A stretch of DNA of 31,497 bases from a virus (lineage: Duplodnaviria; Caudoviricetes), in the IMG/VR virus record IMGVR_UViG_3300023283_000360, positions 1 through 31,497 of that record; one strand, 5' to 3'. A program made the position numbers and the translations under genes. Below, one piece after another: positions 1 through 9,063 of the stretch. Below the pieces are notes generated by a model. That model was given only the letters and a program-made list of their open reading frames with translations, made no database searches and was not told the DNA's origin. Numbering within the stretch: position 1 is the stretch's first letter; every line of letters begins with the position of its first letter.

Positions 1-1
1 T

Positions 2-3000
2 GTCGAAGATCGTGAGCACGCCGGAGCCGAGCGACTTCGCTCCCTCCATCCAGCGCTGCGCTGTGCGCTGCTGAGCCGCGCGCTGCAGGGCGTTCGCCCC
101 CGGCACCGTGAAGTCGAGCGCCTGAGGGCGGTCGGGATCGAAGCCAAGCACCGTCCTGCCGTCCCAGTTCACCTCCTCCATGAGGCGCGCCACCTTACGG
201 CCGGTCTCGGTCTTAGGCTCGACGGGGTCCTCACCGCGGCGGACCCGGTCGCGGTTGATCAGCGTCTGCATGAAGTCCGCGAAGGTCGGCGTCACCTTGT
301 GGTTCTTGCGCCAGTCGTTCCACGCGCGGCGCAGCGTCCGCCACAGCCCCTGGAACCACGTCTTGAGCGTGTCGTTCAGGCGTTGCGATGCCCTGTCCTG
401 GCCGCGGAAGAAGGCCTGCGGCGCGCTCCAGGCGAGGAACGCGTTGGCGAAGTTCTCCTCGAAGGCGCGGAAGTCGCGCGCCGGGTTGCCAAGCGTCTGG
501 CGCATGGCCGTCCACACCGCCTGCGGCGCGCGCTCCAAGGCATCCCGGGCAACGATATGACCGATCTCGTGGAGCAGTGCCTCGTCCCGGGCGGCCGCAT
601 CCTGGAACCGCTCAGAGAGCAGGATAACAGGGCGGGTGCGGTCGCCTTCGCCCTCGCGCAGAAAGATCACCCGTGCGCTGGGCTGCTCGTTCAACGCGTC
701 GTTGATCAGCCCGAAGTTGTGCGCCTCCACCTCGGTCGGGTCGTTCTGCATACGCGCCGAGAGCTCGGCGTGCATGGCCTCGAGCTCGTCGGGGTGGCGC
801 ACCTCGACACGATCAGCCAGGCGCACGCCGACGCGGGCGAGTGTGGACTCGACCGCGCCCTCAAACTGGCGGTACTGCGGGAATGGCCGGGCCGGGCGAC
901 TGGGGCCGGGCGTCTCACGCGAACGACGGTTCTGCGCGGCCTCGGTCTCGGTGACCGTGGGATTAACAACGCTGCCCTCGTCGCGCTCATCGGCGACGTC
1001 GACCGCCGGCTCGGCGCCCTCCGACCCCGCCTCATTGATCGGGCGATCCGCCACTCGGACCGCGTCAGGATCCCGGGCGTTGAAATCAGCTATATCGAGC
1101 CGGGCGAGCTCGCGGTCAATCAGGTTGACGGTCGCCTCGGCCGCCTGGCGCCCGCGCTGGTTGCGATCGCCCGCCCGTTGGGAGCGCTCGACCTGGCGCT
1201 CACGCTCCTGGCGCAGCCTACCGGCGAGCACCTCGTTCGGGTCCACCGGTCCGACCTCGGCCTCGAGCGGCGGGTTGTTCCGGCCACGGCGCACGGCGTT
1301 CAAACGATCAATGCGCTGGGCGCGGGCGCGATTCTCCTGCGCCTCCACGTCGGCGTCCTCTCGCATGCGCTGTAGACGACGCTCGAAGCCCGGGAACTGC
1401 CTCGCCTGCCCGCGAGGGTCCTCGAAGGGCTGCTCGCCGCGGCGGACCGCTGCGCGCCGGCTCTCGCCGAGGAAGCGAGCCTGGGCCTCCTGCAGGCCAC
1501 TGATGTCGCCGAGCCGGACCCGACCGTCGGGGGTGACGTTGGTCTCAGGACCCGGCAGCTGGATGACGCCACCGGCGTCGCGCTTGAAGTCGACGCGCCG
1601 GTTCTCATCGCCACGCAGCAGGATGAAGCTGATCGCATCCATCACCGCGCCGCGGGCCTCCGCCGCGCTCATCTGGTTGAGCGGGCGTCCCTGAATCTGC
1701 GCGCCCATCAGCGCAAGGCCGGGCACGTCGAGCTCGAGGTTCTGGCGCCGGCCACCCTCCTGGCTCGAGGGCACGGTCAAGGTGAGGCGGTTGGTGCGCT
1801 TGGCCGCGCCGGTCGCCGCCGCACGGACCAGCGCCGAGACGACGCCGGGCGTGACGTCCGGGTCACGAAACACCGGTGCGGGAAGCTCCGGCTCGACGAC
1901 CACCTCGCCTTCCTCGACCCGCGCCGAAGTCCGGCCGATAGCGCTGACGGCATCGGCGTTCATGCCGAGAGCCAGCCCGGCGAGCGCGCGGTTGACGTTC
2001 GTACGCGCGCGGCGCAGAGTCTCGGGCGAAGCCTCACCGATGTCGGCGCGGATCGGGTCCATGACGATGTTGTCGTCGTTCCGCGAGGCGGCGTCGTTCG
2101 CAGCGGGTTCCGCGACGGGCTGGCCGGCGTCGAAGACCCGGCCGGGCGCGCGGATCTCCTCGGGCGCGGGCGCCTCGTCCGGTGCGGGCTGGTTCTCGAG
2201 CTCGGCCGCCTCCTGTGCTGGAGCGGGGGTGTCGGGGTCCTGTGTCTGCGACGGGGTCCGCCGGGGTACGCTCGGGGGCGCGTCTGCGAACGGGTTGCCT
2301 GACGAGATCGGAGGACCACCCGGACCGCCGGGCTCCTCGGTACCGGGGAGCTCGCCCCGCGACGCGCGCTCGGTGACAGCCCCCGCCGGCGTGGTCTGCC
2401 CCGCCGTACCGCCGGTGCGCTCAGCGACCTCCTCAGCACGCCGCGCGGTCTCGGCCTCTTCCGGCGTACCCCGCTCGGCCGCGGCCTCGAAGACCGTCTC
2501 GCCCTCGGCGTCGCGGGCCTGGGCGACCGTGGCACGCTCGGGGTCGATCTCGTCCTTGTCCTGCGGGAAGCCCAACACCTCGTTGCGCCGGCCTTCAGAA
2601 TCAGCCTGACGCACAGCCTCGACGTCGTCCTGATGGACGAAGAAGAACCCGCCCTGGGGGGCGCGGATGATGCGGAACTCCCCGCGCTCGCCGACCACGG
2701 CCTGCGCAGCGGCCCGGAGCGGCTCGACCTCCTCGGAGAAGACCGCGCGACCGGGACGGGCGCCGTTCACCTGGGCACGGATCTGGGCGGTCAGCGTCTC
2801 CTCGGACTCCTGGGCCGTAGCCGGAGCGCGGGATTCCTGCGGCGGTCGGGGCGGAGAATCCGCGAAGGGGTTACCCGACGAGACCGGGGGTCCGCCGGGT
2901 CCGCCTGGCTGCTCCGTGCCGGCGAACTCGCCCTGCGGCGGCCGGGGTTCCTGGGGCGCGGTAGGGGTGGCAGCGTTGGGGGGTGCCTCGGTCTCAGGGG

Positions 3001-4537
3001 TGGTTGCTGAAGAGGCGGGAGCGGCCTCCTCGGCGGCCGATCCCTCCCGAACCCGGTCACGTTCGCCTTGCCGGCGCAGATCGCCGGCCGTCCCCGCGAT
3101 CTCGCCCGCCGTACGGCCCGCGCCACCGAATACACTACCGACGATGCCGCCGGCAAGCGCTGATTCAACCAAGCGATCATTGACTGCCTCGTCCCACACG
3201 AAGTTCGGGTCTTGGTAGTCGCGAGCAACGAGGTTGACGATCTCCTGGAGCGTCTCGGTCGGCGCCTCGACCGCCGCGCCCGATGCCGAGCCGCGAACCG
3301 CGCCGCCGGCGATGCGCTTGAGGACGCCCTTAGCGTCGAGGTCACGCAGGCGATCCCGTACGAGGTCTTTTGCTAGGCCTGGCGTCGCGCCACGGAAGGA
3401 GAACCGCAATATCGCCTCGGCCGGGGCGAGGTCGAGCGCGCTATTGAGCGCGGCGGTCAGCCAGGGCGTCTGGGTGGTCGAGAGATCGACGCCCGCCTCG
3501 CGCAGCTCCGATGCCGACTCACCGAGCTGGATCGGGAACGTCCCCCCGAGCGCGCCGGCGCGCGCACCCCAAACGGACATGGCTCGCTGGGCGGCTACCG
3601 ACAAGCCGCGAAGGGCGAGCGCCTTGCCGACCGCGGCCGCCCCGACACCCCCGGCCAACGCGCCCCCAGCCATAGCCGCGATCTGAGGGATGTTCTCGCC
3701 GACCTTTTCGACCGCAAAAGTGCCAAGCGTGCGAAGCCCGTCGATATCCTCATGGCCCTCGACTTCGGCCGGGTGCAGCGCGGCGTCGACCATTGCCCGG
3801 GCCATCACCCCCTCGCCGAACTCGGAAAGGGCGTTAACACCGAACTGCTGACCGACGAAGTCAGCAGCGCTACCGATGCTGGCCTCGAGGTTCGCCACAC
3901 CGCGGTCGATGGCGCGAGAGAGGACGCCCTCCTCACGGAAGCCCCGCTCCACCAATGCGCGAGCACTCACCTGCGGCGGGTTAGCCGCCACTTCCCGGTC
4001 ACGGGCTTCATCGAGTGTCGTGCGCTGTCCGCCAACGCGCGAAAGCACGCTGGTCGTGAACGCCCGGTCGCCCGCCTCGTCCGTATCACGCGAGGGGGTG
4101 ATGACGCCGGCACGGATACCCTGCGTCATGATGTTCTCGCCGTCGCGGCGGAACTCACGCAGCTCGCGGCCGAACGCCCCGGTGCCCCGGTCCACCGACT
4201 CGTCGGCTTCGGACACCGCGCGCTCCAGGAAGCGCCGGGCGATGCCCGCACCGGCTTCCTCGGGCTGTACAAGACCGCCCCGCCGGCCGGCGTTCTCCGG
4301 GGCGTCGCCGCCGGTCACGCGGACGCGCTGACCGTCCTCGACGAAGGTATCGCCGTCGATGAAGCGCCGGGCGGCGCCGGTATCCAATTGCCGGCGCTGG
4401 GCAGGCGCGCGCGACTGGCGATCACTTTCAACAGGCGCGCGGGGCGCATCATCCCTGACGGGGGTATCGCGACTACCGCCCCCGGGGGCGGCACCGCCGT
4501 CGATGAACCGCCGGGCCGGTCCGCGCTGGTCGGTCAC
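2..4537 (-). CDS. Giant internal virion / DNA-ejection (polyvalent-type) protein, >1512 aa, 3' end outside window; N-terminal SNase-like domain and HExxH zincin-like domain
   Basis: GTG at 4537 overlaps the TGA of the upstream gene (GTGA); read by hand as MTDQRGPARRFIDGG...; no stop seen and the ORF track lists nothing in this frame, consistent with an open frame to the edge; motifs IDGDT..RVTGGDAPE..FGR (aa 60-124) and ALLHEIGH (H1323 at 569-571); last and largest ejection-cluster gene. Confidence 0.85.
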   Translation of the reverse strand, partial: MTDQRGPARRFIDGGAAPGGGSRDTPVRDDAPRAPVESDRQSRAPAQRRQLDTGAARRFIDGDTFVEDGQRVRVTGGDAPENAGRRGGLVQPEEAGAGIARRFLERAVSEADESVDRGTGAFGRELREFRRDGENIMTQGIRAGVITPSRDTDEAGDRAFTTSVLSRVGGQRTTLDEARDREVAANPPQVSARALVERGFREEGVLSRAIDRGVANLEASIGSAADFVGQQFGVNALSEFGEGVMARAMVDAALHPAEVEGHEDIDGLRTLGTFAVEKVGENIPQIAAMAGGALAGGVGAAAVGKALALRGLSVAAQRAMSVWGARAGALGGTFPIQLGESASELREAGVDLSTTQTPWLTAALNSALDLAPAEAILRFSFRGATPGLAKDLVRDRLRDLDAKGVLKRIAGGAVRGSASGAAVEAPTETLQEIVNLVARDYQDPNFVWDEAVNDRLVESALAGGIVGSVFGGAGRTAGEIAGTAGDLRRQGERDRVREGSAAEEAAPASSATTPETEAPPNAATPTAPQEPRPPQGEFAGTEQPGGPGGPPVSSGNPFADSPPRPPQESRAPATAQESEETLTAQIRAQVNGARPGRAVFSEEVEPLRAAAQAVVGERGEFRIIRAPQGGFFFVHQDDVEAVRQADSEGRRNEVLGFPQDKDEIDPERATVAQARDAEGETVFEAAAERGTPEEAETARRAEEVAERTGGTAGQTTPAGAVTERASRGELPGTEEPGGPGGPPISSGNPFADAPPSVPRRTPSQTQDPDTPAPAQEAAELENQPAPDEAPAPEEIRAPGRVFDAGQPVAEPAANDAASRNDDNIVMDPIRADIGEASPETLRRARTNVNRALAGLALGMNADAVSAIGRTSARVEEGEVVVEPELPAPVFRDPDVTPGVVSALVRAAATGAAKRTNRLTLTVPSSQEGGRRQNLELDVPGLALMGAQIQGRPLNQMSAAEARGAVMDAISFILLRGDENRRVDFKRDAGGVIQLPGPETNVTPDGRVRLGDISGLQEAQARFLGESRRAAVRRGEQPFEDPRGQARQFPGFERRLQRMREDADVEAQENRARAQRIDRLNAVRRGRNNPPLEAEVGPVDPNEVLAGRLRQERERQVERSQRAGDRNQRGRQAAEATVNLIDRELARLDIADFNARDPDAVRVADRPINEAGSEGAEPAVDVADERDEGSVVNPTVTETEAAQNRRSRETPGPSRPARPFPQYRQFEGAVESTLARVGVRLADRVEVRHPDELEAMHAELSARMQNDPTEVEAHNFGLINDALNEQPSARVIFLREGEGDRTRPVILLSERFQDAAARDEALLHEIGHIVARDALERAPQAVWTAMRQTLGNPARDFRAFEENFANAFLAWSAPQAFFRGQDRASQRLNDTLKTWFQGLWRTLRRAWNDWRKNHKVTPTFADFMQTLINRDRVRRGEDPVEPKTETGRKVARLMEEVNWDGRTVLGFDPDRPQALDFTVPGANALQRAAQQRTAQRWMEGAKSLGSGVLTIFD
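2273..2932 (-). repeat. Two copies (2849-2932 and 2273-2356) of a 28-codon repeat in the giant protein
   Basis: GEFAGTEQPGGPGGPPVSSGNPFADSPP vs GELPGTEEPGGPGGPPISSGNPFADAPP, 23/28 aa identical. Confidence 0.9.
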
Positions 4538-7017
4538 TGCGTGCCCCCGGCGCGGCGTGCCAGCGTCGCGGCCAGTTCCCGCGGGGTCACGCCGTCCTGG
4601 CCGGCGAACGCGGCGAGGGAATCCGGCTCCTGCGCCGCGGTTCGCTGTATCAGCGTCAACGCCGCCTCACGCGACATCCCGTGCTCGCGCATGAGGAACG
4701 TCGCCGTCGCCCCCGCCCCCTCCGCGGCCTTGCTCGCCGACACCGGTACACCCGCCTCGGTTGCGCGCTGAGCGAACGTCGTGAACGGCGCGGAGATGTT
4801 CTCCTCGTACTCGGAGACCGACTGAAAACCAAGCTGCGCGGCCGAGAACGCCTTCACCACGTCCTCGGGGCGCGCGTCGTCGAGGCTGTCGAATCGAGCT
4901 CCGAAATCCAACAGACCCTGGTCGACGTCCGAGCCGAGAATGCGGAGCACCGTGTTGATGACGAATGGGTTATCGGCTTGCGACTCGGGGATCATCCCGA
5001 GGTTGTCCAGCGCGGTGAAGCCGGCGACCAGAGTCCCCTTCGCCTTCTGGGAAAACTCCTCGCCAGTCTGATCTTCGACCTGATCCACGAGTAGGTTGTA
5101 ACGCCGCGTCTCCTCTAGGGAGTCAGCCTCTTGCTGCTCAGTACCGCCGCCGCCACGACCGAACGACCGCTCGATGCTGTCGAGGTCGAAGACCGTGATT
5201 GCCTGGCCATTCTCATCGATGGGGATGGCGATCGTCTTGTCGTCGTTCTGGATAACCTGCTTGACCTTGCGCCCCTCGGAGAGCTTGGCGAGCTGGTCCG
5301 TGAGGAACTCGGTCGGCACCCGGCCCTCACGGTGGAGCTGGAGTAGGTAGTCCACTGCCTCCTGGCCATCAGGCTGCCGGCGTCGGGCGCGGTTCGTGCC
5401 GATGCGCAGCCGCCGGGTCTCTTGCTCAGTCGCGCCGACGGGCTGCGGTTCGCGGGTGCGCTCGTCGCCGGTCCCGGCGCGCTCGCCCTGGCGCGGTGGT
5501 GCCTCACGGGATGGTGCCGAGGCAGTACCACTGCGATCGGAAACGCCGAGGTCATCAGCCTCCTGCGGGCCGCGTAGAAAGTCCCGCTGCGAATCCCGGC
5601 TACCCAGCGCCGCGCGATCGTCGGGGGTCACGCCAGCGGCGGCCGCGCGCTCGGCGGCAGCAGCAACATCGCCGCCGATAACGCGGGGCTCGACGAGCTG
5701 ATCCGGTGAAGGCTCGAACGCGAGCTCCGCGTCCGAAAGCCCGCGGCGCGGTGGTGCTTCACGACGCGGCGCCGAGGTGCCGCCGCCGGTCGGGGTGGAG
5801 CTAGCGCCGGCGAGGCCCGCGCCGCTACCCGTAAAGCCAGCGGCGAACTCGTCAACCGCCTTCCGGCCACGTTCGATCAGGTTGCCGGTTATCTCGTTGC
5901 CGAGCCGTAGCGTTGCCGCAGGGCCGAAGCGATCCGCTGCGGTGCCGGCGGCGTCGAGACCTCGCCGAGCCGCAGCACCGGCGCGTCGCGTCGCCGACTG
6001 CACCGACGGACCAGGCTCGCCAGTGCGCACGGCCTCGGCGCGCTCGGCCTCCAGCGCCTCGACCCGCTGCTCGGCCTGGCGCAGGCTCTCCCGCTGCTGA
6101 GCCGCCCGGGCGTCCGGCGTCGAGCCGGGCGGGCCGACGTTGGGGGGAGACTCCGTGCGAAGCTGCTCCACCCGGGCCTGCGCCTCGGCGATCAGGCGAT
6201 CATACTGTTGGATCGCCGCCTCGGGCACCCCGCTACCACCAGCGCCGCCGCGCTCCTCGGTCGCGAGCGTCTCCCCAGTCTGGGGGTCACGCACTTCGAT
6301 CGCGCCAAAGCCGACGTCGCCCCGCGGTGCCGCATCCGCCGCACCGGTCGCGCCAGACGTACCAACCGGCTCCGTCGCACCGGCCAAACCACGGCGTGGG
6401 TCACGCGGTGCAGAGGGCGCCTGGGGGGCATCTCGCCCGCCGCCGCCGCCGCCCTGGGTGAACCGGAGGAAGTCGTTGATCCCGCGCTCCTGGCGCTGCG
6501 TCTGGACCGTATCGAGGACCTGCTGATGCAGCTCAGGGAACTCGCGCGCGAGGAGGCTCATGGCGATCCCGCCCGGGCCGATGTCGGGATCATTCGGCAC
6601 CGTTACGAGCTCGCCGTCATCACCGAGGTCGCCGACCGCATCAACGCTGCCATCCGGCATGCGCACGCCGAGGACCGACTGTCCGGGGTCGAAGGGCGGA
6701 GGGATGAAGCCGGCGAACTGCGCGCCGGGGGAGAAGGACTCGGCCGCGCGGTCGAACGCAGGCTTGAGCACCGGGTCGCGCTGGATGATCTCGTTGTAGC
6801 GCTCCACATCGAAGCGGCCGGTCTCAGGATCCCGGGCCGCGCCGGCGGCGCCCAGTAGCGCGCGCTTTACCCGTCGATCCCGATCTTCGCGCTCCTGGAG
6901 CTCGATCTCGCGCTCGCGTTGCTGGCGCAGAAAAGCGCGATCCTCACGATCCGCCTGGATGCCCTCCACGAGCTGGAAGCCGCGGACGGCATCGAGTACC
7001 GGGTTGAAGACTTCCAT
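4534..7017 (-). CDS. Internal virion / DNA-ejection protein (827 aa)
   Basis: Long ORF with GC3-rich codons, helical charged N-terminus, Gly/Ala/Pro-rich middle; position between small ejection proteins and the giant protein as in T7 gp15/P22 gp20 arrangements. Confidence 0.75.
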   Translation of the reverse strand: MEVFNPVLDAVRGFQLVEGIQADREDRAFLRQQREREIELQEREDRDRRVKRALLGAAGAARDPETGRFDVERYNEIIQRDPVLKPAFDRAAESFSPGAQFAGFIPPPFDPGQSVLGVRMPDGSVDAVGDLGDDGELVTVPNDPDIGPGGIAMSLLAREFPELHQQVLDTVQTQRQERGINDFLRFTQGGGGGGRDAPQAPSAPRDPRRGLAGATEPVGTSGATGAADAAPRGDVGFGAIEVRDPQTGETLATEERGGAGGSGVPEAAIQQYDRLIAEAQARVEQLRTESPPNVGPPGSTPDARAAQQRESLRQAEQRVEALEAERAEAVRTGEPGPSVQSATRRAGAAARRGLDAAGTAADRFGPAATLRLGNEITGNLIERGRKAVDEFAAGFTGSGAGLAGASSTPTGGGTSAPRREAPPRRGLSDAELAFEPSPDQLVEPRVIGGDVAAAAERAAAAGVTPDDRAALGSRDSQRDFLRGPQEADDLGVSDRSGTASAPSREAPPRQGERAGTGDERTREPQPVGATEQETRRLRIGTNRARRRQPDGQEAVDYLLQLHREGRVPTEFLTDQLAKLSEGRKVKQVIQNDDKTIAIPIDENGQAITVFDLDSIERSFGRGGGGTEQQEADSLEETRRYNLLVDQVEDQTGEEFSQKAKGTLVAGFTALDNLGMIPESQADNPFVINTVLRILGSDVDQGLLDFGARFDSLDDARPEDVVKAFSAAQLGFQSVSEYEENISAPFTTFAQRATEAGVPVSASKAAEGAGATATFLMREHGMSREAALTLIQRTAAQEPDSLAAFAGQDGVTPRELAATLARRAGGTQ

Positions 7018-7077
7018 GTGCTGCCCTGCATGCTACCGGGTGCTATGCTCCTGCTATCCCCAGCAGGAGTGACGGAT

Positions 7078-7371
7078 ATGAAGCAGGTTGCCGCAATCGC
7101 GCTTGGGGCTGCTACGGTATTAGCGGGGTGCACGACGGCGGGATCATACGACGCATGGCTCGGCGAGCCCTCCGACGAACTGATTGCGAACTGGGGGCCG
7201 CCGGTTCGATCCGCCCAGCTGGATGACGGCCGGGAGACGATGGTCTACTGGGGCGGCGACTGCCGATTCACCGTCTTCGCGAACGCGGCCGGGCGGATCT
7301 CTGAAATCCGTACCGATCTCAATGAGTGCATCGGGGTGACGGATCTGCCGGAGGCGCCGCCGAGCGGCTAG
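7078..7371 (+). CDS. Small lipoprotein (97 aa), antisense moron; candidate superinfection-exclusion protein
   Basis: AGGAG RBS at 7065-7069, MKQVAAIALGAATVLAG|C lipobox, LGEPSDELIANWGPP resembles SmpA/BamE-like lipoproteins; only plus-strand gene in the late operon. Confidence 0.8.
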   Translation: MKQVAAIALGAATVLAGCTTAGSYDAWLGEPSDELIANWGPPVRSAQLDDGRETMVYWGGDCRFTVFANAAGRISEIRTDLNECIGVTDLPEAPPSG

Positions 7372-7994
7372 ATCAGCGCGAGCGCGAGCCCGGCACCGGC
7401 GCCGATACCCGCGCCACCCGCCGCGCCAATGCCCGCCCCGAGCAGCCCGGCCGATCCAGCGGCTGCCCCCAGACCTACGCCGGAGGCGGTGCTGCTGATC
7501 ACGCTCTGACGCTGCTGCGCCTTGAGGCGATCGCCGGTCCGATCGCGCGCGGACTCCAGGCCGGCGGCGCTGCTGAGCGCCTGCGACGCCTGCCCGGAAA
7601 TATCCCGGCCGATGTTGAGCGCGTCGGCCGCCGTCTGTCCCTGGGACTCGCGCACCGCGCGCCGCGTCGTGTTCTCCGCGTCAGCGATACCGACGGCACG
7701 GGCGAGGTCGCGCGTACGCCCGGCGACTCGGCGCTCATCACCGCTGAGGGCGATGCCGCGCCGAGTCGCCCGGCGCTCGCCGGCGCGGGCCTGGGCGTTG
7801 AACGCCTCGGCCACCCGCGTGCCGGCGTTATCGGCGAGCTCGTTCGCCGCATTGAGGTCCTGGATACGAGCGATTGCTTCGTTCTGGAGCGGCTCGAACT
7901 CGCGCTGGAACTGCCGGAACTGCGCGCGGGTGAGTCGCTGCTGCGCATCCCCGGGGTTACGAGCCGCGAACGACGGATCGATGAAGGTGGTCAT
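7368..7994 (-). CDS. Small ejection (pilot-type) protein, 208 aa
   Basis: Ala/Arg/Gln helical body with Gly/Ala hydrophobic C-terminal tail (GVGLGAAAGSAGLLGAGIGAAGG...), coupled to neighbours. Confidence 0.7.
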   Translation of the reverse strand: MTTFIDPSFAARNPGDAQQRLTRAQFRQFQREFEPLQNEAIARIQDLNAANELADNAGTRVAEAFNAQARAGERRATRRGIALSGDERRVAGRTRDLARAVGIADAENTTRRAVRESQGQTAADALNIGRDISGQASQALSSAAGLESARDRTGDRLKAQQRQSVISSTASGVGLGAAAGSAGLLGAGIGAAGGAGIGAGAGLALALI

Positions 7995-8572
7995 CCGCCA
8001 GTACCCCCACTGCGGTTGAAGCGATCGAACAAGTTGGTCGCGGAAGCCGCCGCGCCGAGACCCGTCGCTGCCGACGAGACCAGCGAGCGACGGGTGTCGA
8101 AGCGATTCTGGGCGCGGTCGATACCTTCCTCGGTCGCCCGTCGCCCGATGTCCGCCGTGCCAACCTGCGCCTGGTCATCCAGCCCCCGACCGAGGGACGT
8201 CGCGCGTAGTAGGCCACGGATCTCGCGTTCCTCGATCTCGGACTCGAGATTGGCGCGCCCGCTGCCCACACCACTCGCCTGGGCTGTTGCCGCATCGACG
8301 AAATCGAGCCCCCCACGCCGCCCGCTCTGAATTGAGCGTGCTGCAAGGTCGCGGTCGCCGCTCGCGCTCGACACCCGTTCGGCCACCCCCGCGGCGATAT
8401 CGCCGCCGAGCGCGTCGCGCTCCGTGCCGCTCGTGCGCACTCCGCGGAGGAAGTCCTCCTTCAGCGGCAGGAAGTCGCGCGCGAACGTATTGAACTTGCG
8501 CGCGCCCTCCTCGGCCAGCGCGCGTTCCTGCCCAGTCGGCTTAGGCTTACTGCTGCTGCTTTTGCCGCCCAT
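7991..8572 (-). CDS. Small internal virion protein, 193 aa, starting MGGKSSSSK
   Basis: ATG at 8572 preferred over 8605; MGG/Ser-rich N-terminus typical of ejection proteins that follow a GNAT gene; C-terminal GLGAAA segment. Confidence 0.7.
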   Translation of the reverse strand: MGGKSSSSKPKPTGQERALAEEGARKFNTFARDFLPLKEDFLRGVRTSGTERDALGGDIAAGVAERVSSASGDRDLAARSIQSGRRGGLDFVDAATAQASGVGSGRANLESEIEEREIRGLLRATSLGRGLDDQAQVGTADIGRRATEEGIDRAQNRFDTRRSLVSSAATGLGAAASATNLFDRFNRSGGTGG

Positions 8573-9026
8573 CGCTATCCCTGCGCTGCTGCATGACCCC
8601 GCCACTGCGGGTATAGCCCATCCGCCGGCAGATCCGCTGCCAGCGATCGTCGTCCATGTCCGAGATGTTCGTCGTCGTGATCACATCCGCCCCGCGTGCC
8701 CGCGCCCAGTCGACGTAGCGCCGATGCATCCGGTAGCTGTGCGCGAAGCCCTCAGCCGAAGGCGTGACGTAGGCCATGTAGTCCGAGGCCATACGCGCGG
8801 GGCCGAACCAGCTCTCCTCGATCTGGGCGAGCAAAAAGCCCCGGATTCCCTCGTCCTCCACAACCAGCGCCAGGCCGTCCTCGCGGCGAACGCACATCAC
8901 CACCGTCTCGCCGGCGATCCGCGGGTCGAACGGCAGTCCGGCGTAGGTCGAGCGCCCGACCATCTCCTCGATGAGGATCAAGATCGGGACGAGGTCATCG
9001 ATGCTCGCCTCGCGGATTTCGGCCAT
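8547..9026 (-). CDS. GNAT-fold acetyltransferase-like virion morphogenesis protein
   Basis: IREASIDDL start, LALVVEDEGIRGFLLA beta strands, WARARGA and RRMGY end motifs; position analogous to T7 gp13. Confidence 0.8.
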   Translation of the reverse strand: MAEIREASIDDLVPILILIEEMVGRSTYAGLPFDPRIAGETVVMCVRREDGLALVVEDEGIRGFLLAQIEESWFGPARMASDYMAYVTPSAEGFAHSYRMHRRYVDWARARGADVITTTNISDMDDDRWQRICRRMGYTRSGGVMQQRRDSDGRQKQQQ

Positions 9027-9032
9027 GTGTTG

Positions 9033-9063
9033 ACGCTAGCAGAACCGGGCACGGGGCTGCTCA
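9033..9063 (-). promoter_or_regulatory. Degenerate late-promoter box + -10, leaderless start of GNAT gene
   Basis: TGAGCAGCCCCG-N13-TAGCGT-N6-ATG; 8/12 match to GTAGCAGTCCCA with the same spacing. Confidence 0.55.

Noticed and set aside
7030-7057. Seventh promoter box ATAGCAGGAGCA before TAGCAT
   Set aside because: Spacing is 10 bp rather than 13 and the match is only 8/12; not counted
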